Part shown: positions 14,028 to 27,000 of the stretch, one piece after another
How positions within the stretch are numbered: the stretch's first letter is position 1
Layout: each line of letters opens with the position of its first letter
Assembly (NCBI RefSeq): GCF_009914755.1
Contig: NC_060925.1
Source of the DNA: the human T2T-CHM13v2.0 reference genome, Homo sapiens
Length of the DNA: 64,000 nucleotides
Reading direction: 5' to 3' (one strand)
Notes under the pieces: generated by a model
The model's database searches: none
Told to the model about the DNA's origin: nothing
What the model saw: only the letters and a program-made list of their open reading frames with translations
Made by a program: the position numbers and the translations under genes

Positions 14028-14249
14028 CAGAGGTCAACAAACTTCTTATGCAAAGGAGCAGGTAGCGAGCATTTTTGGCTTTGTGGGCGACACAGGCTCT
14101 GTTACAACCACTCAACTCTTATTGTAGCACAAAAGTAGCCACAGACACTATGTAAACAAATAGATGTGGCTGTGTTTTAATAAAACTTTATTTACAAAAG
14201 CAGGCAGTGTGCCAGCTTGGGCCTGCAGGACCCTGGTTGGTCAGCCCTG
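14028..14249 (+). mobile_element. MER58A (hAT-Charlie MITE)
   Basis: cagaggtcaacaaac...aataaaactttatttacaaaa...gccctg, about 220 bp. Confidence 0.8.
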
Positions 14250-14297
14250 TGCCTGAGTGATAACATGCTCTTTCATGCCTTTAAAAATGATTATTAA

Positions 14298-14720
<423 letters not shown>

Positions 14721-16157
14721 CATAAATTTATTTTCAAAGGCAAGTGTGGTCAGTGTAGGCAGGGAGTGAAACATGTATGCGTAAACACAACTACTTGAAA
14801 GAGCGGTGTGGTCCTTCCTCAGGCCCCCGTCAGCTCTGCTCCATCCCCAGTCCCTTCCTGTGCCTGCCCAACCTGTCCTCCATAGCCAGGGCCCCCCAAC
14901 CCAAACCCCTCCAGGCACCACCTCCCTCCATCCCTCCCGCCTGGCTCTGGGGAGGGGGTGGCCAGCGGCCCTGCACGCTTCTTCCTCTTTTCTCTTCCTC
15001 TCTCTTCAGACTTGATGCAAAGAGTGGGCTAAGTCTGTGCTGACTGTTGCCCTGGAAACTCTTTTGAACCTTTCTCTTTCCCTCCAAAGATTCCGAGTTC
15101 CTCCTACAGTTTGCAGCCTTCAGTACCCTGCCCCTTCCCTCCCCTGCCCTCCCTTACTTGGTTGTCTTTATTCCAAGTTAAATGATCATCATGAGGTTGG
15201 GAAAGCCGCAGCTTTCTATGCACCATGTTTTACTCCCCAAAGGACATCTTTTAGAGTCCGCAGAGGCCCACATGAAGGGCTCACCAGCAGCTCTACCGGT
15301 TTGCTTTCCACAAGGAGAGCTAAAATGCCGGTTGCTAAGCAGCATACATGCCGCTGCTTCTTTCCACAATGTAGACTTAAAAAAATCGCCGTAAACATTT
15401 TACCATATGATTGAGTCAGGTGTGGGGAGTCGCAGTAAACATTTTACCATGTGATTGAGTCATGGGTGGGGAGTCGCGGAAATACACAGGGCAGGCAGTT
15501 CGCTATCACGATGTTCTCTCTCATTTCTGTCTTTGGTCTGTCTTCCTGGGTAATGTCACATGGAGACCCAGGGGATCTGCCATCAGCTGTGTGCAGTGGG
15601 TTAACAAGACGACGGGGAACTTCAGAGTGCAGGCAGTCCTCATCTTTTGCAGATTCTGTATTTGCACATTCACCTACTCACTGAAATGCATTTGTAACCC
15701 CAAAATCAATACAGCGGTTTCACAGTCATTCTCCGACACGGGCAGAGGGGTGAAGATACTGAGTCGCCAGATGCACGCGTTCCCCGCCGAGGTGGAGCGT
15801 GCAAAGCTCTGCCTTCACGTTTGGCTCTCATATCGTGCACATGTGTCCTTTTTGCAGTCTCCTTAGCACTGTGTTTTTCATATTTTTGTGCTTTCTGATG
15901 GTTATTTTGCTGTAAACGGCCCCCAAGAATGGTGCTGATGTCCTATTTAGGGTCCCTAAGCACAGGAAGGCTGTGATGTGCCTTATGGAGAAAATCCATG
16001 TGTTAGACACACTTCTTTCAGGTAGGAGCTACAGTGCTCATGGGGGTCTAGTGTTAATGAATCAAGAATACACACACCCAGAAAAAGGAAGAGGAAGCGC
16101 ACAGGGCAGCCAGCTTGATGTCACCACGTTACATCCTTTTATCCGGTCTTTGGTAAG

Positions 16158-16468
16158 TTTTCTTTTCTTTTTTTTTTTTTTTTGAGACAGACAGAGTCTC
16201 GCTCTGTCGCCCAGGCTGAAGCGCAGTGGCGCGATCACGGCTCACTGCAAGCTCCACCCCCCGGGTTCACGCCATTCTCCTGCCTCAGCCTCCTGAGTAG
16301 CTGGGAATACAGGTGCCCGCCACCACGCCCAGCTAATTTTTTGTATTTTTGGTAGAGATGGGGTTTCACCGTGTTAGCCAGGATGTTCTCGATCTCCTGA
16401 CCTCATGATCCACCCACCTCGGCCTCCCAAAGTGCTGGGATTACAGGCATGAGCCACCGCGCCCGGCC
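16158..16468 (-). mobile_element. Alu (AluY-like)
   Basis: AluY-type features (gcaagctcc, cacgccattctcc, gtgttagccaggatg); TSD ccggtctttggta. Confidence 0.93.
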
Positions 16469-16892
16469 GGTCTTTGGTATGTTTTCTTGGGGACTTACAC
16501 AGGGTCACGTGGAGATACAGGGGGATGCGCCTTCGGCCCATCTGTATGTGGGGCCACTCTGGAAAGTGCTAAGGTAACAGCTATAGTACATGAGGAAGCC
16601 ATGGAAGAGATGAAAAGTGGCTGAATGTGTGGATTCATCAGATGATGAGAACATTTAATGTAATAGATAGCATTGGTGTGAGGCTAGACACCAAAGAAAT
16701 GTACAATCATGTTACCCAAGGGAAGGAAAGTATTAAACCCTTCTTGGCTAGTGTTTTATTTTAAAGAAATACCAAATATAATTCATTATTTTGAAGAAAC
16801 GTATTAAATAAAGCATCTTATTAACAAGGTTACGTATTGACCAGTTGAAGAAACTTTTGTCATCAGAGGTTCACAGAAACCTAAACCATACG

Positions 16893-17651
<759 letters not shown>

Positions 17652-19131
17652 GCGCATATTGAAGACAGAGCCCAAGACGCATCCAGGTGCAACGTCTCTG
17701 CTAAGAATGTGTGCCAGGAATGGGGCCTGGCTTCCTCGTCGAGTGCGGCTGTCCGTGGGTTTCTGCTAGACAGATAACGTTCTGAAGGAGTTAAACTTTC
17801 ACAGCTCCTCCTCCTCCTCCTCCTCCTCTATATCCCTTACCTCGCCACGTTCATCACTGGTCATTTTGCTGGAAGGGAAGCCCTGGTATATTCTTACATT
17901 GCTCTGGAAGTGAGCCTTAGCCCAGCGTCGCCAAACTTACACCTTAATTGATCCCAGATGAGAAGGAAAAGCTATTGCTCTTACCCCACAGTCTTCCCTC
18001 CCTGAGGCCAGAAGCAGGTCACGTGTAAAATGGTCTGCTCTCTGCTGACAGTGGCCTGAGTCTCCCATAGTGTCTGCTGAGCTGGATAGTCCCTCTCCAG
18101 GGAGTTTTGCAGGGGACGGGTGATGAGACATGGACATGGGGACGAATTCCTCTCATCTGGAATCGCAGACACAGCATGGAGATATGAGCACGCGGCATGG
18201 GAAATAGGCTTCCTCAGCCCTTCAGGATCAGGGAACGTGCCAGAGATGCAATGACATTTGGCAGCAGTTGAGAGTATGAGTGCTGTTGATGAAATAAACA
18301 GAGGCCTTTAAAAGCAAGGCAGGAAAAATGCTGGGACGAGTACAGGAACAGAAAACCAGCCATTTCTCCAGGTCTATTCAAAGACGTAGCAACACTCCCT
18401 GCAAACCCCAGGGCCTCATTATCACCACTCAGGGCAGTGGCCCCGCACAGCACCTGCACAGTTGCCAGAGGAGGCCTCTCTATAGGAAGTGCTGCTTTCT
18501 GTTGTGGATAGAGTGACTGGCTGGGCCTCTCTCTGTGTTTCTCCCCTAGTCTTCAGGAATATGAATGCCTTTTCCTTCAGTGCTACTAGGTGCAAATATG
18601 CGAGTTAAGGGACAATGCCAATAAAGTAGCCGCAGTTTCCTGGCTAAAGGAACTGTGCAGGTATTAAAAACCCACCGATCTTTAATCCAGGTTCGTGGCA
18701 GGGGGACTCCTTTTTGTTGCAAGATTGTCTGTGTGTGGAAACCCTGGAGAAAGGCCACACGTGCAGTCAGCAAGCCGAGTCACCAGGCACAGAGCCCTTT
18801 CTCCTGATCCCCTCCTCTTGTTTCTATTCCCAGGCCTCATTATGTATAATGTCACAGACACACACGCCCAGGAACATCCCATCACAGCCAGGACAGAAGC
18901 GCCAAGGGAGGTGCTTTGCACAGATTCCATCTTGGAGTTAGAAGCACTTGCTCGGTGCTTGCCAACTACAAATAGCCCCATGCTGGAAAATGATGCTAAT
19001 TAGTATGCCATTAAAAAGGGTGGGGGGACCACCACCCACAACAAAATGGCCGTGTGCAGGCCTGAAGCCCTGCCCTGAGGGCCACAGGGAAGCATGGCCG
19101 CTAATGCAGCCTAATTCACTTTGTTTGGCAG

Positions 19132-19294
19132 AGAGAGCAAGCTCGCCATGTTGCTGCGGGAGTCTCTGGGGAACATGAACTGCCGTACCACCATGATCGC
19201 GCACATCTCGGCCGCGGTCGGGAGCTACGCGGAGACCCTGTCCACCATCCAGATTGCATCGAGAGTCTTGAGGATGAAGAAAAAGAAGACGAAG
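19132..19294 (+). CDS. KIF26B: KIF26B coding exon (probably exon 11), end of kinesin motor domain
   Basis: Acceptor ttgtttggcag|A, donor AAG|gtaagg, 163 nt. Encodes [54 protein letters not shown], matching kinesin motifs SKLTxLLxxSLGG and ETLSTLxFAxR. Confidence 0.96.
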
Positions 19295-20303
19295 GTAAGG
19301 AGCTCGCGGGGTGGGGGGGTGGTGGATGAGGGAGCCTTTGGAGCCGTGCCCTGGAACAGAGTCAGAAAAAGCCAAATCAACGTTGCCAATCCCCCAGCAT
19401 CAGGAGATGTGACTTGGAGCTGACAACACGTGGCTCAGGGTCCACTTTGGGGCAGGGAAACCTTGGGGCTGATACAAAGTCATGTCACCTCCCCACACCT
19501 GGTGCTGGCCCTGGTCACCCAGCCTGGACCCCTGACCGGAAGCACTTGGTCCGCTTTAGAGAGTACAAATGGATTGCTACCTCAAGAGGAAAAACGTTGG
19601 AGGGATGGAAAATATTGTTTTTCTCATGCATGGCCTCGGTCCTGCGTAGGTGGAGACTGTGTCCTTCGAAGGCTTGGCACCAAAGAGGTTCTCAACTCCC
19701 TGCTCTCAGGGCCCCTCCCCTGCTGCATGTCCAGGAGTCACTCCCTGGCTGCTGCTTTTGTCCTGGCAATTCAGTGGTTTCTGGATGATACTGAGTCTGC
19801 TGGACATCGCTGGGCTCATTTTCTCAGGCAGAGGCCAAGCCAGGATGGTGGCAGGGTGGCAAGTAGTTGAGAAAACCATCATGATCGTGGCCACTCAGTG
19901 GCAGGGGCAGCTGCTGAGGTGGGGGCCTTTTTCCCCCTTCTCTGTTTTGTACCTTTTTTATCTTTAAATAGCGTTTCTTAACCAGAGTTCCACGGCACAG
20001 GGTGCCAAACATTGGTGAGCCAGCAGCCCTTAGCTGGTCAGGCAGGGCCTGGATGGTCACCCCCTTTCCTGAGCAGCTGTTTCCCCAGCGTGCCACACGG
20101 GGCTTCCCCTTCACAAATGCAGTGGTGATGTGACACCGGGCGCGCGGGCATGGCACCCCGAGTGGCCCACGTGCGGGAGGCCAACGGGGGTGGCTGTCAG
20201 TAGCCTGTGTCGTCAGGGGCCTTCACCACTTGCCGCGCACAGCTGGGCTCCCGGGGAAACTGCCACGGAAAGGCCACCACATTAACTGCCGTCTCACTCA
20301 CAG

Positions 20304-23300
20304 TACACATCCAGCTCGTCCGGCGGGGAGAGCTCCTGCGAAGAAGGCCGCATGCGCAGGCCCACCCAGCTGAGACCCTTCCACACCAGGGCCACGGTGG
20401 ACCCTGACTTCCCCATCGCTCACCTGTCCAGCGACCCCGACTACTCCTCCAGCAGCGAGCAGTCCTGCGACACCGTCATCTACATCGGGCCCAACGGCAC
20501 GGCCCTCTCTGACAAGGAGCTCACCGACAACGAGGGCCCCCCAGACTTTGTCCCTATCGTGCCAGCCCTGCAGAAGACCCGGGGCGACAGCCGGCCCGCA
20601 GAGGCAGGAGAGGCTGCAGCCGGCAAGTCAGAAAGGGACTGCCTGAAGTGCAACACGTTTGCCGAGCTGCAGGAGAGGCTGGACTGCATCGACGGCAGCG
20701 AGGAGCCCAGCAGCTTTCCTTTCGAAGAACTGCCTGCTCAGTTTGGGCCAGAGCAGGCAAGCAGAGGCCCCCGGTTAAGCCAAGCAGCGGGGGCAAGCCC
20801 ACTCTCTGAGTCTGATAAGGAAGATAATGGGTCCGAAGGTCAGCTGACCAACAGAGAAGGCCCTGAACTCCCAGCCTCCAAGATGCAGAGGAGTCACTCA
20901 CCTGTGCCCGCCGCGGCACCCGCCCACAGCCCCAGCCCGGCCTCACCCAGGAGCGTCCCGGGCAGCAGTAGCCAGCACAGCGCCTCCCCACTCGTGCAGA
21001 GCCCCAGCCTCCAGAGCAGCCGGGAGAGCCTCAACTCCTGCGGCTTCGTGGAAGGCAAGCCCAGGCCCATGGGCTCCCCCCGGCTGGGCATCGCCAGCCT
21101 GTCCAAGACCTCGGAGTACAAGCCACCCAGCTCTCCTTCCCAGAGATGCAAAGTCTACACCCAGAAGGGGGTCCTGCCGTCTCCCGCCCCACTGCCTCCC
21201 TCGAGCAAGGATTCCGGCGTGGCGTCTAGGGAGTCCTTGCTGCAGCCCGAGGTGCGTACGCCCCCGGTTGGAATGAGCCCCCAGGTTTTGAAAAAATCCA
21301 TGTCTGCTGGGAGCGAAGGGTTCCCGGAAACTCCTGTCGATGATGAGCAGCAGGCAGCTACTCCTTCAGAGTCCAAGAAGGAGATCCTGAGCACCACGAT
21401 GGTGACGGTGCAGCAGCCACTGGAGCTGAACGGTGAGGACGAGCTGGTGTTCACGCTGGTGGAGGAGCTGACCATCAGCGGGGTCCTGGACAGCGGCCGC
21501 CCCACCAGCATCATCAGCTTCAACAGCGACTGCTCTGCACGGGCCCTGGCCTCGGGCTCGCGGCCCGTCAGCATCATCAGCAGCATCAGCGAGGACCTGG
21601 AGTGCTACTCCAGCACGGCCCCCGTCTCCGAGGTCAGCATCACACAGTTCTTGCCCCTCCCGAAGATGAGCCTGGATGAGAAGGCCCAGGACGCAGGGAG
21701 CAGACGCTCTTCCATCAGCTCCTGGCTGAGCGAGATGAGCGCGGGCAGTGAGGGTGAGCAGTCGTGCCACAGTTTCATAGCCCAGACGTGTTTTGGGCAC
21801 GGGGAGGCAATGGCAGAACCTGTGGCCTCGGAGTTTGTCAGCAGCCTCCAGAACACCGCTGTGGTGTGCAGAGAGAAGCCCAAGGCCAGCCCCGACAACT
21901 TGCTCATCCTGTCTGAGATGGGAGATGACTCTTTCAACAAAGCAGCCCCCATCAAAGGCTGCAAAATATCCACAGTGAGCAAGGCCATGGTCACCATCTC
22001 CAACACGGCCAATCTGAGCAGCTGCGAGGGGTACATCCCCATGAAGACCAATATCACAGTTTACCCCTGCATTGCCATGAGCCCCCGGAACATCCAAGAG
22101 CCGGAGGCCCCCACCGCCACCCCCAAAGCAGGCCCCACATTAGCCCAGTCCCGGGAGAGTAAGGAAAACAGTGCAAAGAAAGAGATGAAATTTGAGGACC
22201 CGTGGCTGAAACGAGAAGAGGAAGTGAAAAAAGAGACGGCTCATCCCAATGAAGAAGGGATGATGAGGTGTGAGACTGCCACGGGCCCCTCGAATGCTGA
22301 GACCAGAGCAGAGCAGGAGCAGGACGGAAAGCCCAGTCCGGGAGACAGGCTCAGCAGCAGCAGCGGAGAGGTGTCGGCCTCCCCGGTCACTGACAACTTC
22401 AGGAGGGTCGTGGATGGGTGTGAGATGGCCCTGCCCGGTTTGGCCACCCAGAGCCCCGTGCATCCCAACAAAAGCGTCAAGTCCAGCAGCCTTCCCAGGG
22501 CCTTTCAGAAGGCCAGCCGGCAGGAGGAGCCGGACAGCCTCTCCTATTACTGCGCTGCTGAGACCAACGGGGTGGGTGCAGCCTCGGGCACCCCGCCCTC
22601 CAAGGCTACCCTGGAGGGGAAGGTGGCTTCCCCCAAGCACTGTGTTCTGGCTCGGCCCAAAGGGACTCCCCCTCTGCCCCCTGTCCGAAAGTCCAGCCTG
22701 GACCAGAAGAACCGGGCCAGCCCTCAGCACAGTGCCAGCGGCAGCGGCACCAGCAGCCCCCTGAACCAACCAGCCGCCTTCCCGGCGGGCCTCCCAGACG
22801 AGCCTAGCGGCAAGACGAAGGACGCCAGCAGCAGCAGCAAGCTCTTCAGTGCCAAGCTGGAGCAGCTGGCCAGCAGAAGCAACTCGCTGGGCAGGGCGAC
22901 GGTCAGCCACTACGAATGCCTCTCCCTGGAGCGGGCCGAGAGCCTGTCCTCCGTGAGCTCCCGGCTGCACGCGGGCAAGGACGGCACCATGCCCCGCGCG
23001 GGGAGGAGCCTGGGCCGCAGCGCCGGGACCTCGCCCCCCAGCTCCGGGGCCTCGCCCAAGGCCGGCCAGTCCAAGATCTCCGCCGTGAGCAGACTCCTCC
23101 TGGCCAGCCCCAGAGCGCGCGGCCCGTCCGCCTCCACCACCAAAACCCTCAGCTTCTCCACCAAGTCCCTGCCGCAGGCGGTGGGCCAGGGCTCCAGCTC
23201 GCCCCCCGGTGGGAAGCACACGCCCTGGTCCACGCAGTCCCTCAGCAGGAACAGGAGCTCGGGCCTGGCCTCCAAGCTTCCCCTGCGGGCCGTCAGCGGG

Positions 23301-23706
23301 CGCATCTCGGAGCTGCTGCAGGGTGGCGCGGGCGCCCGGGGCTTGCAGCTGCGGGCCGGGCCCGAGGCGGAGGCGCGCGGGGGGGCCCTGGCCGAGGACG
23401 AGCCCGCGGCCGCGCACCTGCTCCCGTCGCCCTACAGCAAGATCACGCCCCCGCGGAGGCCCCACCGCTGCAGCAGCGGCCACGGCAGCGACAACAGCAG
23501 CGTGCTGAGCGGGGAGCTCCCGCCGGCCATGGGGAAGACGGCCCTGTTCTACCACAGCGGCGGCAGCAGCGGCTACGAGAGCGTGATGCGGGACAGCGAG
23601 GCCACCGGCAGCGCGTCCTCGGCGCAGGACTCCACGAGCGAGAACAGCAGCTCCGTGGGCGGCAGGTGCCGGAGCCTCAAGACCCCGAAGAAACGCTCCA
23701 ATCCAG
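20304..23706 (+). CDS. KIF26B: KIF26B giant coding exon (probably exon 12), Ser/Pro-rich disordered tail
   Basis: Acceptor ctcactcacag|TAC, donor CCAG|gtaggc, 3403 nt, open throughout (ORF 20352..23969 frame). [20 protein letters not shown]...KTPKKRSNP; in frame with the previous exon. Confidence 0.97.
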
Positions 23707-24030
23707 GTAGGCGGCTGGGCGCAGGGACGCGGGTGAGGAGGGCGGCAGGTGGGCGAGCTGCCCAAACCCCACTGCCAGGGTGTCCCGTGCCCTGGGGAGG
23801 GGGCGTCCAGGCCTGGCCTCTCCTTGCAGGTGGGCGAACTGCCCAAACCCCACTGCCAGGGTGTCCCGTGCCCTGGGGAGGGGGCGTCCAGGCCTGGCCT
23901 CTCCTTTCCCACGGCCCGGCACCCCGCGGGGCTCCGCCGGGGACATCACCGCGGAGGGTTTCTCTGTGAGAAACTGCCCTACTGTGTGCCGTCATCAGGC
24001 TTAGGGCCGTGAATCCCTTGGCGCTCAGCA
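22650..24030. promoter_or_regulatory. Intragenic CpG island over the 3' end of the giant exon and its donor site
   Basis: Very high GC and CpG density by eye; weaker CpG enrichment extends back to about 20100. Confidence 0.8.
23745..23906. repeat. 81-bp tandem duplication (2 copies) just inside the intron
   Basis: Copies start at 23745 and 23826; visible as a 27-aa repeat in the read-through ORF. Confidence 0.95.
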
Positions 24031-24456
24031 GGGTGGAAAGGCGAGGGCCCGGATGCAGGTGGCAGCATGACCCGCACCTGCTCGCTCTGGGGGCAGCCTG
24101 GCTCTTCGCCGTCCATTCCCTCACCCCTGCCCCTCTGTTCAACAACCAAGGATCCTGTGGACGGTTTACAGCCTGTTGAGGGATCAGGTGAGGGTACCTA
24201 CCCTCATGACCTGGTGGCTTCAGAAGCCCCTCCTGTGAGGTTGGTGGCCTGCAAGACCCTGGCAGCCTCTCTCAGGGATGTGGGATAACGCGCAGATTGT
24301 CCCATTGAAAGTGGAATGGCGAGACCCTTCCTCCACCTCCACCCCAAACATATTTGTGGACAGTCATGTTTGCACACCTGCCACAGGGCCTGCAGTGCCC
24401 CCCGCCACACACACCATGATGCCTGAAATGCGTGATTTTGGAGAAAGTCTTTGCCA

Positions 24457-24817
<361 letters not shown>

Positions 24818-26819
24818 TAAAGCCCACAGACTTGTTAATTGGAGTCTTGGGTGGCACATGACAGTAAGTTATGATGGGCAAGGAGAAGAGGACCCAGGTC
24901 AGAGCTGGTGGCCCTGGAGGTCTTGGGGTAGGTGAAATGAAAGGATGGTAAGGAGAGAAAAAGACAGACAGAGGCAAAAGTTCCCAAGAACAACTGAAGC
25001 TACTTGAGAATTTTGCCTGGAATCATCTCTGCTCATAAGTGGCTTCCAAAGAAATTACCCCTGCTCATCCTTTAAGGGCTTAAAAAAAAATAAATGAAAT
25101 TTACGCAGAACCCCACGTGCAATTCTGTGGCTTGGTTGAAGCCAGGGCGGCCGGGTTCCTGCCCTCCTGGCCTGTCTCTCCCCTCCCGCTGCCCTTCTGT
25201 GCAACACTAGGCTCTTCACATGCTCTCAGAAGCCAGGTCCCTGCAGGGATCCGTGCCCGCAGCATATGTGGAAGTAAAAGATGGGGTGAGACACAGATGT
25301 AGGGCTTCCCCTTTCCTACTGCTCCAGCAACTGCCCCACAGGCTTGTTCTCTGTCATGGGGTGGCTTCTTCCTGTTCTCCCACCACAGGCGAGCACAAAC
25401 TCTGGAATGTTCCAAATGTAAGGGCTGTGGTCAGTGAACATTATAAACCATTCCTCTTCCTAGAATCAAAGAAATCCACCTTAAGGGATGGTGTAGTTAT
25501 GCAGATGTAGTTTTATGATATAGACAGCCCCATCCGCTCCCCTCATCACAGATCACAGAACTTGGCCATGGGGATGTTAGGCTCTAAGCATGGTAGGGAA
25601 TCATCGTGGCTGTCAGTACCTTGACATCTTTATTTGCCGGGGGTGGGGGTATGCTTCAGTCTTTGATACGCTTTGACTCTGCTTTACTTCACCCCTCAAT
25701 CTCGGTGACAGCACTTGGAGCAGAACCCCATTTAAGACAAGTTGAAAAGGAAGAGCCATTCCGTGTAACATAGCAGCTTCTGTGTCTTATGGCCAGGGCC
25801 AAGGGCATTGAAACGTATTGATGAGAGTAAAAATAACAAGCAGGAAAGCATCTGCCGGCCTTCCCAGTACCTGGTTAATGAACTCTTGTTATTCTAATCC
25901 ACGCAGCCTCGGTCTTCAAAGTCCAGATGACTGTGTGGCATCGGCTGCGTGGCCACGTGTGTTTCAGTGTCCCACAGTGCTTTCATGGACTCAAATTTAG
26001 TGCCTTGCGTCTACCAGTCCATTTCATTATTTCCGTGGCTTTCACAGGTTTTTGTTTTTTTTCCCAAGACTTTTATTGTTTGGTTTGGCGGTTACAGTGC
26101 AGTAAAGAGGAAGAACAATGATGGAAAAACAAACGTGTGAAGTGACTGCTTGGCGAGCAGGCAGCAGGCTCTGCATACGCCCTTGCTCTGGGCTAAGTGC
26201 TCTCGTAAATGCTGTCCTCTAGGAGCCTCTGGTTAGGTAAGGCTATTGGAGGAAAACAGTGTAAAATTAAAATGCCGGGGCAGGTGCTAGAAATGGATTT
26301 CATGTGGAATGTCAAGAGCAGAAGACCTTTGTGATGAGCTGCTGTAGATCCAGGCTCCATGATGGATGTGGCAGTGGAGATGTGCTGGTTTCAGGTTAGG
26401 TGACCTTGTCTGGCTTATTTATGATTATTATTAAGAGAAACGGTGGCTGTCAGACATGATCAGCATAAATCAAAAGCAACTTCTTTAAGAGAAGCTATAA
26501 AACTCCTCCAAGGAAATTCCTAACTAGATGGCTAGAGTTTACAATTATGAGAGGTGTTTGGAACCAGAGAGGAGACATCTTTTGTCTGAGATGGCTTTTG
26601 AATTTGGAATATTTTAATGCTTATTTCCTTAGTAAAAATGAACTAGAATTATTGGGAAAATAACCTTGACCTCTCTGATTCCTTGGTAGTACATGTAACA
26701 GCAGAAACGACCAAATATCACCGTGGTTCCTTCTTGTCTTCTCATTCTTGGAGGTCCATGTTGCTGAGGAGTGTGCAGCATTGGGCTTGTTCCACCGGCC
26801 ATAGCAGGGTGCAGTGAAT

Positions 26820-27000
26820 TAAGTTAGAAAGCAGGAGGAGGCTTAGAATCTTGAGCTGTGTGACCTTTGGGGAATAACTGTCCTCTTTGAGCTTCAATTT
26901 TCTCATATGCAAGTAAAACGAGAAGATTGATAGGTAATAGCCATGGTCTCTCTGCTGCCCACATCATATGAGACTATGCAGATAATTTAAATAATGTTAT
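26820..27000 (+). mobile_element. MIR fragment
   Basis: gctgtgtgacctttggg...ctctttgagcttcaattttctcat core. Confidence 0.6.

Noticed and set aside
22140-23912. 590-aa minus-strand ORF and other long overlapping ORFs (21366..22097, 22916..23710)
   Set aside because: Shadow ORFs expected from a GC-rich coding exon; low-complexity composition and no recognisable domain.
20352-23969. 1205-aa ORF as a stand-alone gene
   Set aside because: It is an internal KIF26B exon (true bounds 20304-23706) with read-through into the intron.
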